NCBI GenBank assembly: GCA_024276375.1
Contig: JAJRXG010000290.1
Span: 1 to 47,567 of the forward strand
Length of the DNA: 47,567 nt
Source of the DNA: Bacteroidota bacterium
GTDB lineage: Bacteria; Bacteroidota; Bacteroidia; Chitinophagales; Saprospiraceae
Reading direction: 5' to 3'
In this document: piece after piece, positions 8,214 to 19,137 of the stretch
How positions within the stretch are numbered: the first letter of the stretch is position 1
How the letters are laid out: each line of letters opens with the position of its first letter
Program-made: the position numbers and the translations under genes
Notes under the pieces: generated by a model
What the model was told of the DNA's origin: nothing
Databases searched by the model: none
What the model saw: only the letters and a program-made list of their open reading frames with translations

Positions 8214-11200
8214 ATGAAAAGAGTTTTACTAACTTTATGCATTGTCCTGTTTGTGATCGGTATCATAGTAGGACAAGGAGTTACTACATCATCGCTTAAA
8301 GGACAAATAATTGATGAGTCCGGTGAGCTATTGCCAGGCGCCAATGTAACAGCAGTTCATGAACCTACAGGTTCGTTTTATGGTGCTTCGACGGATTTAG
8401 ATGGAAGATTTCGAATTGATAACATGAGAGTGGGTGGGCCTTATAAGATAACTATATCTTATGTAGGTTATGAGGACTATACAATTAATGATGTTCATTT
8501 ACGCCTAGGAGAGACCTACACTCAAAACGTAACTCTGGGATCATCTGCTTTAGAACTGGGAGAGTTGGTTGTTGTGGCAAAAGCTGGTTCGGTTGGAGCT
8601 AATTCTGGATCTAGTACGCAGATTACAACTGATGAAATAGAAATCATCCCTACATTGAATCGTAATCTTAGCGATTACACTAAGCTTACACCCCAAGCAA
8701 GCGGAAATAGTTTTGCTGGAACTAACAACAGATTTAATGCAATCTATGTCGATGGAGCGGTGAATAACGATGTGTTTGGACTAGCAGGGTCAGGAACCAA
8801 TGGTGGTCAAACAGGGATCTCTCCATTTAGTATAGATATAATCGATCAGATTCAAGTTGTGCTTTCTCCATATGATGTAACCCTTGGAGGGTTTGCAGGC
8901 GCAGGAATAAATGCCGTAACCAAATCAGGTACTAACGAATTCAAAGGTACCGCGTACTACTTTCTCCAAAATCAGAGTATGGTAAAAAAAACCAATGGAA
9001 AAGAGATTGAAAGAAACGGAGGAGAAAGGATTGATGTGCCCGATTTCTCTCAAAAGACTTATGGTGCTTCATTGGGTGGCCCGATAGTAAAGAACAAGGT
9101 ATTCTTTTTCACCAACGTAGAACTACAGAAAGATGTCACGCCGCGACCATTTAATGTAGCTACTTATACCAATGCCGGTAATGGTCGAGCCACGGCATCT
9201 GACTTAAATGGACTTAGTGACTTCCTGATGACGCGCTATGGATATGATCCTGGCACATTTGGTGATACTGAAAGTGCCTTAGAAGGAACTAAGATTTTCG
9301 GAAAGTTAGATTTTAATTTAAAAAATGACAACACCCTAACATTGCGCCATCAATATACGAGAGCTGAGAGTTTCCGTAGAAATTCTGGTAGTTCACGAAG
9401 GATCAACTTTTCTAACAATGGTGTTTTCTTTCCGAGTGTAACCAATTCCTCAGCACTTGAATTAAACAGTAGAATTAATAATAACATGTCCAATAATCTA
9501 ATCATTGGATATACTACTGTAAACGATGATAGAGGTTCTCTCGGTCAAGACTTTCCCTTTGTTATTATTGATGATAATAGAGGTGAAATTCGTTTTGGAA
9601 CTGAACCTTTCTCTACAGCAAATCTCTTAGAGCAAAAAATATTCACGTTAACCAATAATTTTAAGTGGTACAATGGCAAACATACTTGGACTATAGGTAC
9701 CCATAATGAATTCTATAGCATCAGAAATGTATTCTTGCCTTGGAACTATGGACAATATGAATTCGATAGCTTGGAAGATTTTTTAAACGAAGCGCCAGCT
9801 AGTGATTACCGAAGAGTTTATTCCTTATTGGATAATATAGCCGGTGATGGTACTGCGGCTTCTGCTGAATTTAATGCTATGCAACTAGGATTATATGCAC
9901 AGGATCAAATCCAAGTTAATGAGCGATTAAATATTTCGGTAGGATTGAGATTAGATGTTCCGATTCTCACTGATGACCCAGAAGAAGCTCCGAGATTTAA
10001 CGATGAAGTATTGCCAAGACTTGCCGCGCAATACGACCTAGCCAATGAAGTGCAAGCCGGCAAAGCTCCAAGTGGACAGTTAATGTTTAGTCCACGATTG
10101 GGGTTCGAATATCAATTGGATGATCGTAATAAGTCGACATTAAGAGGAGGTGTAGGTATCTTTACAAGTAGAATTCCTTTTGTATGGCCAGGAGCTATGT
10201 ATAACACGAACGGTCTATCCTCAACTTTTCTTGGAGCATGGGGTATCTCCGGCGATGTTCTTTTTCGACCAGATGTACAAAACCAATACACATTCGAAAA
10301 TCCTACAAGACCGAGTGGGGATATGAATCTGTTTACGAAAAATTTTAAATATCCTCAGGTTCTTCGAGGCAATCTTGCATGGGATAAACAACACAAAGGT
10401 GGTTGGACAACTTCTTTTGAGGCTTTATATACGAAGACGCTCAACAATGTTGTTATGACAAATATCAACACAAGTACGGAAGTTGACTTTACGTGGACAG
10501 GCAGTGGAGATAACAGACCTGTCTTTCGTAGAAGTGAAATTGATGAAGATGATTTTGGCGCGGTCTATGTTGGATCCAACACCAGTCAAGGATATACATA
10601 CAATATTACGGCGTCGGTTGCAAAAGAATTTGGGTTTGGTTTAAAAGCTAATCTAGCATATAGTTTTTCGGATGCCAAAGCTCTGAATGAAGGTACCTCA
10701 TCACAAAATTCTTCCCAATGGAGAGGACAAATAAATATAAATGGAAGAAACAATCCCGTCTATGGTCGATCGGATTATTCTGTAGGTCATAGATTAATTG
10801 TATTACTTGATTATAATATACCATGGGGAGGAAAAGCTAGTGGAACCAATATCTCGATGTTTTATCAGGGGCAAGCTGGTCAGGCTATTTCTTATGTTAT
10901 CGGTGATCGAAGTGCTCGAAACATCAACAACCAAAGAGGAAGTACTTCAAGAAACAGATCCTTGATCTATGTTCCAAGCGATCAGAATGATATCAATCTT
11001 ATTGACTTAACGGATAGAGATGGTAATTTGATCTTAAGTGCTCAGGAGCAATGGAACAACTTGAATGCTTTTATTGAGAGCGATGCAGGTCTTTCTTCCC
11101 GCCGGGGACAATATGCTGAAAAAAACGGCTCTCGTTCTCCATTTAGTAGTGTTTTTGATATAGCCATACGCCAGAATTTTGGGGCTGATTTGGGCGGCAA

Positions 11201-11453
11201 TTTGCACAAATTGCAGCTTTCATTGGATATCTTTAATTTTGCTAATATATTGAATAATAAATGGGGAGCAAATTATTTTACCCCTGGAGATTTCAACAAT
11301 TACTTTTTGTATGATTTTGAAGGTTACGCCTCTGACGGAACAACCCCGCAATTCACTTATCAAGGTAGAAATACTGGTAAAGACGCCTTTGATATAGCCC
11401 CATTATCTTCAAGAGCGAGAATGCGGATTGGGTTGAGATATATATTTGATTAA
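8214..11453 (+). CDS. TonB-dependent outer-membrane receptor with carboxypeptidase-regulatory-like N-terminal domain
   Basis: 1079 aa with a signal peptide. LKGQIIDESGELLPGANVTA..DGRFRI is the CarboxypepD_reg-like fold. A plug region follows. The C-terminus ends in RIGLRYIFD, a terminal aromatic beta-strand. Confidence 0.95.
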   Translation: MKRVLLTLCIVLFVIGIIVGQGVTTSSLKGQIIDESGELLPGANVTAVHEPTGSFYGASTDLDGRFRIDNMRVGGPYKITISYVGYEDYTINDVHLRLGETYTQNVTLGSSALELGELVVVAKAGSVGANSGSSTQITTDEIEIIPTLNRNLSDYTKLTPQASGNSFAGTNNRFNAIYVDGAVNNDVFGLAGSGTNGGQTGISPFSIDIIDQIQVVLSPYDVTLGGFAGAGINAVTKSGTNEFKGTAYYFLQNQSMVKKTNGKEIERNGGERIDVPDFSQKTYGASLGGPIVKNKVFFFTNVELQKDVTPRPFNVATYTNAGNGRATASDLNGLSDFLMTRYGYDPGTFGDTESALEGTKIFGKLDFNLKNDNTLTLRHQYTRAESFRRNSGSSRRINFSNNGVFFPSVTNSSALELNSRINNNMSNNLIIGYTTVNDDRGSLGQDFPFVIIDDNRGEIRFGTEPFSTANLLEQKIFTLTNNFKWYNGKHTWTIGTHNEFYSIRNVFLPWNYGQYEFDSLEDFLNEAPASDYRRVYSLLDNIAGDGTAASAEFNAMQLGLYAQDQIQVNERLNISVGLRLDVPILTDDPEEAPRFNDEVLPRLAAQYDLANEVQAGKAPSGQLMFSPRLGFEYQLDDRNKSTLRGGVGIFTSRIPFVWPGAMYNTNGLSSTFLGAWGISGDVLFRPDVQNQYTFENPTRPSGDMNLFTKNFKYPQVLRGNLAWDKQHKGGWTTSFEALYTKTLNNVVMTNINTSTEVDFTWTGSGDNRPVFRRSEIDEDDFGAVYVGSNTSQGYTYNITASVAKEFGFGLKANLAYSFSDAKALNEGTSSQNSSQWRGQININGRNNPVYGRSDYSVGHRLIVLLDYNIPWGGKASGTNISMFYQGQAGQAISYVIGDRSARNINNQRGSTSRNRSLIYVPSDQNDINLIDLTDRDGNLILSAQEQWNNLNAFIESDAGLSSRRGQYAEKNGSRSPFSSVFDIAIRQNFGADLGGNLHKLQLSLDIFNFANILNNKWGANYFTPGDFNNYFLYDFEGYASDGTTPQFTYQGRNTGKDAFDIAPLSSRARMRIGLRYIFD

Positions 11454-11484
11454 TATTGAGTATCAACGCATTTGTATAAAAAAA

Positions 11485-11518
11485 AGCGCCTATTATCATT
11501 GATAGGCGCTTTTTTTTT
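11485..11518 (+). terminator. rho-independent terminator (bidirectional appearance)
   Basis: Perfect stem AGCGCCTAT (11485-11493) / ATAGGCGCT (11502-11510) followed by T8. An A run precedes the stem. Confidence 0.8.
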
Positions 11519-11562
11519 ATGCTATGTATCATACCTTTATAGCTCTACAAATTCAACTCAAC

Positions 11563-12774
11563 ATGGCCTTACGTCTCAACTCTCTCTGTGTCAAAGACCC
11601 TAAAGATCCCAAAACAACCAAGCCCCACAACCTCCCTATCTATGCGACTTCTTCCTTTGAATTTGATTCCATTGAAGAAGGTATGGAGATATTCCGAGAT
11701 CCAAGTAAAGGTCATATCTACGCAAGATTCAACAATCCTACTGTTGATGCCGTCGCTCACAAAATAGCGCAGATAGAAGCCTATGGGTTATCAGAAGTAG
11801 AAGCCCCTTGGGGCATCATGACCTCATCGGGATTATCGGCTATAAGCACATTGATATTCAGCGAGTTAGAACATGGAGATCAGATTCTGACTCAAGGTAA
11901 CTTATATGGTGGCACGACAGAGCTCTTACTCAAGGTAATCAACAAATCAGGTATAGAAACCATTCTTACAAATCTCAAAGATGAACAGGCCATAAAACAA
12001 GTTCTAAAGGATCATCCGAGGATCAAAATGATCTACTTCGAAACGCCATCCAATCCAGCATTGGATTGTATTGATCTTGAATTCATCTCTCGAATCGGAA
12101 AAGAGCGTAAACTATGCACTGTTGTTGATAACACTTTCTGTACACCGATCCTCCAACAACCACTACAATACGGTATAGACTACGTCATCCATAGTACCAC
12201 CAAGTATATCAATGGACATGGCAACTCTATATCAGGGATCATCATCGGAAGAGACGATCAGACCAAGCACAAGGTATGGTCAACCATGAAACTTCTCGGC
12301 ACCAATTGTAACCCATGGGATGCTTGGTTAACCAGCAACGGAATAAAGACACTATCACTTAGGATGGCGCAACACAACAGTAATGGTCTTGCTTTAAGTC
12401 AATATCTTGACCAGCATCCTATGGTCAAGAAAGTCACCTATCTAGGTCTCCCCTCTCATCCGGATCACGAACTTGCAAGGAAGCAGATGAAAGGCTATGG
12501 AGGAATGATGTGTTTTGAAGTAGTAGGAGGTTACCAAGGAGGCGTTGGCTTTATGAATGCTATAAAGATCGGTACACTTGCCCCTACCATGGGTGATGTA
12601 GATACCTTAATACTACATCCAGCATCTATGTCACATCTCAATGTAGACAGAGATATCCGTATCGCCAACGGCATCACCGATGGTCTTATCCGCGTGTCTG
12701 TAGGAATCGAGGACATAGAAGACCTCAAAGAGGGATTTGACAGAGCTCTGCGAGACACGGGGCTACACAATTAA
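11563..12774 (+). CDS. Cys/Met-metabolism PLP-dependent enzyme (O-acetylhomoserine sulfhydrylase / cystathionine lyase / methionine gamma-lyase family)
   Basis: The family signature STTKYINGHG contains the PLP lysine. The start is placed at the internal Met (MALRLNS), because the track start at 11524 immediately abuts the terminator. Confidence 0.9.
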   Translation: MALRLNSLCVKDPKDPKTTKPHNLPIYATSSFEFDSIEEGMEIFRDPSKGHIYARFNNPTVDAVAHKIAQIEAYGLSEVEAPWGIMTSSGLSAISTLIFSELEHGDQILTQGNLYGGTTELLLKVINKSGIETILTNLKDEQAIKQVLKDHPRIKMIYFETPSNPALDCIDLEFISRIGKERKLCTVVDNTFCTPILQQPLQYGIDYVIHSTTKYINGHGNSISGIIIGRDDQTKHKVWSTMKLLGTNCNPWDAWLTSNGIKTLSLRMAQHNSNGLALSQYLDQHPMVKKVTYLGLPSHPDHELARKQMKGYGGMMCFEVVGGYQGGVGFMNAIKIGTLAPTMGDVDTLILHPASMSHLNVDRDIRIANGITDGLIRVSVGIEDIEDLKEGFDRALRDTGLHN

Positions 12775-12917
12775 GATATCAACATCCTAAATTCTTTGGA
12801 TTAACAATACCTGCAAATCCAAATATTCCTGTTTTTTTTATAGTTTTAGCCTATCAAGATATTTTCGAGTCCCCCCTCTACATTGAAGTCATTTTTAACT
12901 TACAATCAAATTAAGCA

Positions 12918-14117
12918 ATGAAGCAACGGACGCGTATTCAACTTATGGTCATGATGTTCCTCGAATTTTTTGTTTGGGGATGTTGGTATGCTACCATGGG
13001 TACCTATTTGGGTAAAATTGGTTTTGGTGGATTGGATGTGGGTGCTGCATTCAGTACGATCAGTTGGGGAGCGATCATATCTCCATTTTTCATCGGAATG
13101 ATAGCTGATCGCTTTTTTCCAGCAGAGAAAGTTATGGCGATCATGCATCTTATTGGAGCCGTGGTATTGTGGTATCTATCGAGTATTACAGATCCCAACA
13201 GTTTCTTCTGGACTCTTTTGATATACACTGTTATGTATATGCCTACAATCTCTTTGGCCAATACCATTAGCTTCAATCAGATGGATCATCCAGAAAAAGA
13301 ATTTCCAATAATTCGGGTATTGGGTACGATAGGATGGATCGTAGCGGGAGTGATGTTGAGCTATCTAAAACTGGAAGATTCCCATCTTCAATTTCAGATA
13401 GCCGCAGCAATGTCAATTCTACTTGGCATCTATTCATTTTTCCTTCCACATACACCTCCCAAGGACAAGGGCGTAAGACCAAGTATATCTGATATTCTGG
13501 GTTTAGATGCCTTGGCGTTGATGAAGGAGCGTAGTTTTGCCGTGTTTATTCTGTGTTCTTTTTTGATATCGATTCCTCTCTCATTTTACTATGCCTTTAC
13601 CAATCCATTTCTGAATGAAGTCGGTATGGAAAATGCCGCAGCCAAAATGACTTTGGGTCAAGGTTCTGAAATCCTATTTATGATTCTCCTGCCCTTCTTT
13701 TTTACGAGGCTAGGCGTGAAGAAGATGTTGCTTCTCGGCATGGCAGCATGGGTATTAAGATACATCCTGTTTGCGTATGGCAACAATGAGGAGTTGGTGT
13801 TTATGTTTTATGGAGCCATTCTTCTACATGGTATCTGCTATGATTTCTTTTTTGTAACGGGACAGATATATGTGGACAATGTAGCTCCCAAGGAGGTCCA
13901 AGCAAGTGCACAGGGATTTATAACCTTGATTACCTATGGTTTTGGTATGTTAATTGGTTCGTTGGCATCAGGATGGTTTGTTGAGCAATATACGCTAGCT
14001 GACGGTAGCCACCTGTGGAAGACCATTTGGTTGATTCCCGCGGCTATGGCGGTCGGCGCAGGACTTGTTTTTGCCATATTTTTTAATGAACCTAAAAAAG
14101 ACTTGTCCATAAACTGA
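12918..14117 (+). CDS. MFS nucleoside:H+ symporter family transporter
   Basis: 399 aa with about 12 hydrophobic segments. The N-terminus LMVMMFLEFFVWGCWYATMGTYL resembles the NupG/XapB-type nucleoside permease signature. Confidence 0.82.
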   Translation: MKQRTRIQLMVMMFLEFFVWGCWYATMGTYLGKIGFGGLDVGAAFSTISWGAIISPFFIGMIADRFFPAEKVMAIMHLIGAVVLWYLSSITDPNSFFWTLLIYTVMYMPTISLANTISFNQMDHPEKEFPIIRVLGTIGWIVAGVMLSYLKLEDSHLQFQIAAAMSILLGIYSFFLPHTPPKDKGVRPSISDILGLDALALMKERSFAVFILCSFLISIPLSFYYAFTNPFLNEVGMENAAAKMTLGQGSEILFMILLPFFFTRLGVKKMLLLGMAAWVLRYILFAYGNNEELVFMFYGAILLHGICYDFFFVTGQIYVDNVAPKEVQASAQGFITLITYGFGMLIGSLASGWFVEQYTLADGSHLWKTIWLIPAAMAVGAGLVFAIFFNEPKKDLSIN

Positions 14118-14125
14118 TTGTTACC

Positions 14126-16024
14126 TTATGTCATATACTCCCAGGCACTCTTGTATGTATGATTTTGTTCAACATGCGCAGCGAGTTGGTCATATAAAGG
14201 TTCTGATGCCAAGGTTGACATATCTCCGATGATTACTAGCTTAAACTTGGCTCTGGTTAGTGCTACATTGAGTCTTCGGTAGTCTTTTAAAAATCCGACT
14301 TCTCCGCGATCATTGCTTCGTACCAGGCTGATATAAATAACATCCTTCTCTTGCCCTTGAAACCCATCAATACTGTTGACCTCCACATCGTAGGGCTTCC
14401 ACATTTCGTCCAGAAGGATAGCAGATCTGATCACCGTCACTTGATGTGCATATGGACATATAATACCGATTTTGAGACCCTTCGCTTGTACCTCAGGAGA
14501 AGACAAAAAGTGCTCTCGCAAGATATGATACTCACCGATATTGCTATAACTGCGGCCTTCAGGTCCTGATTTCTCATCAAAACCGCATCCACTTGTATCA
14601 ATCAGAGTAACTACGTTGTTATCGTTGGGAAGGCTACGTTGAGATACAAAGTCCGCTGACCGTAGCTTGCCATGATAGAAGGACTCATTGCTAAATCTAA
14701 GAATATCATCATGCATCCGATACTGTGTATCGAGCAGAAAGCAACCATTGACCTTGTCAATCATACGATCCAATAGCGTATGACCGAGACCCATCTTAAG
14801 TGCCACATTGGATTTGACGGTAGGCGGCAACTGCTGTGGATCTCCAGCCATGATGACCCTTTTAGATCGGATCATCGCCGTCCAGCTCTCCGCTTCTAAG
14901 GCCTGCGAAGCTTCATCGATAACGAGCGTATGAAATACCATATCCTCTATCGACTTGTGCGCCGCTCCAATCAATGTCGTACAGATCACCGGAGACTCTT
15001 CCAAGAGCTGCTCTACCAATCGTTGCTCTAGGTCTCGTGCCCATCTTTTCAATTCACGAGCCTCGCTACGCAACATCGCTCGATCTGAACGTTGTTGACG
15101 ACCATACTTACGCTTGTGCTTGTTGGCCTCGTGGTGCGCCGCTTCTGCTTCTATCCTGACCTGCTTAATATGTTGCCAGTCCTTGTGCATCCTCATTTGC
15201 TCTTCGAGCGTTAAGTGAGCGATACTATCTCCTATCCGAGTAACATTGCCGAGGCGAATAACAGGGATACCACAGGCACTAATTCTCCTTGTCAATAGAT
15301 CTACTGCGTTGTTAGAAGGAGCGGTAACGAGAACGCGTTGTTCATCCTGAAGGAGTGCATGAACAAGAGCTACCAATGTTGTCGTCTTGCCCGTACCGGG
15401 AGGGCCATGTATGATCCCCATTCGATCTAAGCCAAGACAACCTAGAATCGCCACTCTCTGAGAATCATTGAGCAGATGTAATTGGGGAATGAGTTTTTTA
15501 GTGGGGACTATCTGATTTTCTATACATAGCCGGCTGACTCCTTCTCGCAGTTCTTGGATATAGTACTTGTTGGAATTCTTTAGCGCCTTCAATGTATGTG
15601 CCATGACACGATAAGGTCGATCATCATAAATGAGCTCTATACCGCAAGTAGAATGATGCAACAGTTGTTCTTTCCAACCTATATCCTTGTTCAAGATGAT
15701 ACCTACCTTGTTACGACTAGCAAAAGAGATAACTCCACGGTACTCATAATTGTCAGATCCCTGAATCCAAAGGACTGCGTTAGCTCCAATCTTAAACAAA
15801 TTTCTTCCCGATGAAGCACGAGTAGTCCCCGGTGTGACGATGACTTCTATCTTTTCAGCAATGCTGTAATGAATCTTCTCTATCTCAACCGGAAACCACA
15901 AGACACCGGCCTCTATACGCTCTTTGACAGTCTTGTTTTTCGAAAGTTCCCGAAAGTAGGCTTCTTCTGCACTTCTTTCTACCTCCAATGCTTGACCTAT
16001 ATGTACATAACGATCCCTATCCAC
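14126..16024 (-). CDS. SF1 DNA2/NAM7 (Upf1/IGHMBP2-like) helicase
   Basis: 632 aa with Walker A GPPGTGKTT, motif II VIDEASQ, GDPQQLPP, and the C-terminal VDGFQGQEKDVIYISLVRSN and NVALTRAK motifs. Confidence 0.9.
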   Translation of the reverse strand: MDRDRYVHIGQALEVERSAEEAYFRELSKNKTVKERIEAGVLWFPVEIEKIHYSIAEKIEVIVTPGTTRASSGRNLFKIGANAVLWIQGSDNYEYRGVISFASRNKVGIILNKDIGWKEQLLHHSTCGIELIYDDRPYRVMAHTLKALKNSNKYYIQELREGVSRLCIENQIVPTKKLIPQLHLLNDSQRVAILGCLGLDRMGIIHGPPGTGKTTTLVALVHALLQDEQRVLVTAPSNNAVDLLTRRISACGIPVIRLGNVTRIGDSIAHLTLEEQMRMHKDWQHIKQVRIEAEAAHHEANKHKRKYGRQQRSDRAMLRSEARELKRWARDLEQRLVEQLLEESPVICTTLIGAAHKSIEDMVFHTLVIDEASQALEAESWTAMIRSKRVIMAGDPQQLPPTVKSNVALKMGLGHTLLDRMIDKVNGCFLLDTQYRMHDDILRFSNESFYHGKLRSADFVSQRSLPNDNNVVTLIDTSGCGFDEKSGPEGRSYSNIGEYHILREHFLSSPEVQAKGLKIGIICPYAHQVTVIRSAILLDEMWKPYDVEVNSIDGFQGQEKDVIYISLVRSNDRGEVGFLKDYRRLNVALTRAKFKLVIIGDMSTLASEPLYDQLAAHVEQNHTYKSAWEYMT

Positions 16025-16084
16025 ACTAACAGATCATTTCATTGTAGAATAGGTCATACATAATAGATGGCCGTAAGAACGGAC

Positions 16085-17899
16085 TTAGGCCAAGCTATAC
16101 TTGGCATTGCGAGAACGCTTGCGTTCATGCTCTTTTAATTGAATTTTTCTCATACGGATATGCACAGGTGTAATCTCTACGTATTCATCCTCATCGATAT
16201 ACTCCATACACTCTTCAAGAGAAAACAAAGTCGGAGGCGCTAATTTGGCTTTATCATCGGCACCTGATGATCTCATGTTGGTCAACTTTTTGGATTTGGT
16301 CAGATTCACAACAAGATCATTTTCCCTTACATGCTCTCCGACTATTTGACCTTCATAAATGGCAACTCCCGGAGGGACAAAGAACTTGCCTCTATCTTGA
16401 AGCTTGTCCAATGCAAAAGCCACAGAAGTACCCGTCTCCATGCAGATCATTACACCTTTGTTACGACTTGGAATATCTCCTTTCCATGGTTCAAAGCTTT
16501 CAAAACGATGCGCTATGATCGCCTCACCTGCCGAGATATTCATCAATGTAGTCGTAAGCCCAATCAAACCACGTGAAGGAATACTGAACTCAAGATGTAT
16601 GAGGTCGCCTTTGGGCTCCATCACCTTAAGCTCTCCTTTGCGTTGACTTATGGCTTCGATCACTTTGCCACTTACCTCTTGCGGTAAGTCTATGGTTAAA
16701 AATTCGATGGGTTCATGTTTGATACCATCTATTTCCTTGATGATAACTCGAGGTTTGCCCACTTGAAGTTCATAGCCCTCTCTTCGCATGGTTTCTATAA
16801 GCACGGACAGATGCATAATTCCACGGCCATAAACATTGTAGGCATCCGGAGATCCGGTGGGCTCCACCCTTAATGCAAGATTTCGCTCTGTTTCTTTTTC
16901 AAGCCGTTCTACGAGATGACGAGATGTAACAAATTTGCCATCTTGGCCAAAAAACGGACTCGTGTTGATCGTAAACACCATACTCATTGTAGGCTCATCT
17001 ATCGGAATAGCCGGTAAGGCCTCCGGAGATTCAAAATCCGCAATAGTATCTCCAATTTCAAAAGCATCTATGCCCGTAACGGCACAGAGGTCTCCATTTT
17101 CGACTTTGTCTGTTTTTATCTTGCCCAGACCTTTAAAGACAAATATCTCTTTGATCTTTACACGCCTGGTCTCCCCTTGTCTGTTGATAAGGCATACTTG
17201 GGATTTATTGGTGAGGGTACCTCTATGTACACGGCCGATCGCAATCCTCCCGATAAAGGAAGAAAAATCAATGGTAGTTATTTGCATTTGTACAGGCCCT
17301 TCGTTGTCAGCGGGTGGATCAATCTGCTCAATGATCATATCCAAAAGATAGCTAATATCACTCGTCGGATGCTCCCAATCCGGTCCCATCCAATTGTGCT
17401 TGGCGGAACCGTAAATGGTGTGAAAACCTAGCTGTTCCTCTGAAGCATCCAGATTGAACATCAATTCGAATACTGCTTCATGTACCTCATCAGGTCTGCA
17501 ATTTTCCTTGTCCACTTTATTAATTACGACAATGGGTTGTAGCCCAAGATCCAATGCCTTCTGTGTCACATATCGGGTCTGAGGCATAGGTCCTTCAAAG
17601 GCATCCACTAATATCAATACACCATCTGCCATATTGAGTACGCGCTCCACCTCGCCACCAAAATCGGCGTGACCCGGTGTATCGATAAGGTTGATCTTCA
17701 CACCTTTATAATTGACAGAAATGTTCTTGGCGAAGATTGTTATGCCACGCTCTCGTTCCAGATCATTGCTGTCCAAGATAAGATCACCTTCCGGTATCCG
17801 ATCTTCTCCCAATTCACAATAATGGATAATCTTATCTGTTAAGGTCGTCTTGCCGTGATCTACATGGGCAATAACTGCCACATTACGAATTTTCTTCAT
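16085..17899 (-). CDS. typA: translational GTPase TypA/BipA
   Basis: 604 aa with AHVDHGKTTL, DTPGHADFGGEVER and NKVD G-motifs, and full-length colinearity with BipA. Confidence 0.97.
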   Translation of the reverse strand: MKKIRNVAVIAHVDHGKTTLTDKIIHYCELGEDRIPEGDLILDSNDLERERGITIFAKNISVNYKGVKINLIDTPGHADFGGEVERVLNMADGVLILVDAFEGPMPQTRYVTQKALDLGLQPIVVINKVDKENCRPDEVHEAVFELMFNLDASEEQLGFHTIYGSAKHNWMGPDWEHPTSDISYLLDMIIEQIDPPADNEGPVQMQITTIDFSSFIGRIAIGRVHRGTLTNKSQVCLINRQGETRRVKIKEIFVFKGLGKIKTDKVENGDLCAVTGIDAFEIGDTIADFESPEALPAIPIDEPTMSMVFTINTSPFFGQDGKFVTSRHLVERLEKETERNLALRVEPTGSPDAYNVYGRGIMHLSVLIETMRREGYELQVGKPRVIIKEIDGIKHEPIEFLTIDLPQEVSGKVIEAISQRKGELKVMEPKGDLIHLEFSIPSRGLIGLTTTLMNISAGEAIIAHRFESFEPWKGDIPSRNKGVMICMETGTSVAFALDKLQDRGKFFVPPGVAIYEGQIVGEHVRENDLVVNLTKSKKLTNMRSSGADDKAKLAPPTLFSLEECMEYIDEDEYVEITPVHIRMRKIQLKEHERKRSRNAKYSLA

Positions 17900-18151
17900 A
17901 TGTATTTCAAACTTCCCGCAAAGCTATGCTTTATATCATAGGGATGTACATTTATCTTCAATGATCAATTATTTCCACGAAGATACGCTACCGACCGATT
18001 CCTTAGAAGGTTCATTGATTGTGAATATCGACTACTCAACTACAGATTGGTTGATGAGGTCAATAATAAGTTGAAGTTCATCGTGAGAACCTCACTATAC
18101 TTCCTCGTTGATCCCCATAGCATAAAGAACTTTTCTTTGAGATCAATAAAC

Positions 18152-18745
18152 TCACCTTCTTTTAAAACGTAAACTCCTCCTATGCTTTTTTGAGAACCAA
18201 ATAAGATCATCTCCATCGAGATAGTAACGATTGCCATATCTATCTCGATATTCGTGATCATTGTAACGATTGTAATAGACCCAATCAGATCCATGACGCC
18301 GAATGCGCAATGCGTGACCCAAGATCTCAAGAGACAATGACAACCCCGTCCCCTCACAATACCAATCACCCCCAAACCCATTGCCGCGATAATTATGACC
18401 ATCATACTCCCCGTATATCCCTTCATATCTATAGTCTCCAATAGAAGTAAGCCTCGATAATACAAGAGTAGTACGATAACGTTGATTAAACTCGATACGG
18501 CCATGACCCAAGTCTATGATCAAACGGCCATGATGATCATCAAATACGCCATCGCCGATATACCTATACGTACGCCAACGATGACCATTGATTTTTGCTT
18601 TAATGCCTCGACGATGTGGCTTGATCCGAATCTCTATATGTGCGAACTCGTTGTAGTAAGTACCTCCAATGTGTCTTCCATCATCTTTGGCCGATACTCC
18701 TGTAGGTATAAGAACGATCAAGAGATAAAAGATAAAATGTCTCAT
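18152..18745 (-). CDS. secreted hypothetical protein, Arg/Tyr/His/Gly/Asp-rich
   Basis: 197 aa with signal peptide MRHFIFYLLIVLIPTGVSA. The two halves have similar composition (GHRWRTYRYIGDG.. and GHALRIRRHGSDW..). The C-terminus is basic. Confidence 0.6.
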   Translation of the reverse strand: MRHFIFYLLIVLIPTGVSAKDDGRHIGGTYYNEFAHIEIRIKPHRRGIKAKINGHRWRTYRYIGDGVFDDHHGRLIIDLGHGRIEFNQRYRTTLVLSRLTSIGDYRYEGIYGEYDGHNYRGNGFGGDWYCEGTGLSLSLEILGHALRIRRHGSDWVYYNRYNDHEYRDRYGNRYYLDGDDLIWFSKKHRRSLRFKRR

Positions 18746-19137
18746 GATACAAAAGTTTAAGCATGTAATGAATTATATCTCACAGCCAAACTACATCAAT
18801 GCAGCGGTATCATCTCCTAGAGCAGAGTTAAAACCCAGTGTTAAAAGTGTTAACGTTGTTGCCATAGTGTTAAAACTGCTGCTGTAGTAGTTTAATCTTG
18901 GCTCCTCCAAACCGGACAGTATTGTTATGACAAGAAGGAAATTCACATCAACATTCCGAGACAAAAGAAACTCCTAAAGCACTAGCGGAAGGCTAAATTA
19001 CGGCAGAACTTGCTCAAAAAATCTATCTTTGACTTCAACAGATTTGACTCTTGCCGAAAAGGATATTCTATATTGGTAAAATTGGAGATGTAAAAAAGTA
19101 TAGCTATGAGATTCCGGATTGTGGGGGTTCTGATACA

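Noticed and set aside
12795-12839. Hairpin TTTGGATT/AATCCAAA followed by T8, considered as a terminator after the PLP enzyme gene
   Set aside because: The T run is separated from the stem by 8 nt, and the stem is AT-rich and weak. This is too uncertain to list as a feature.
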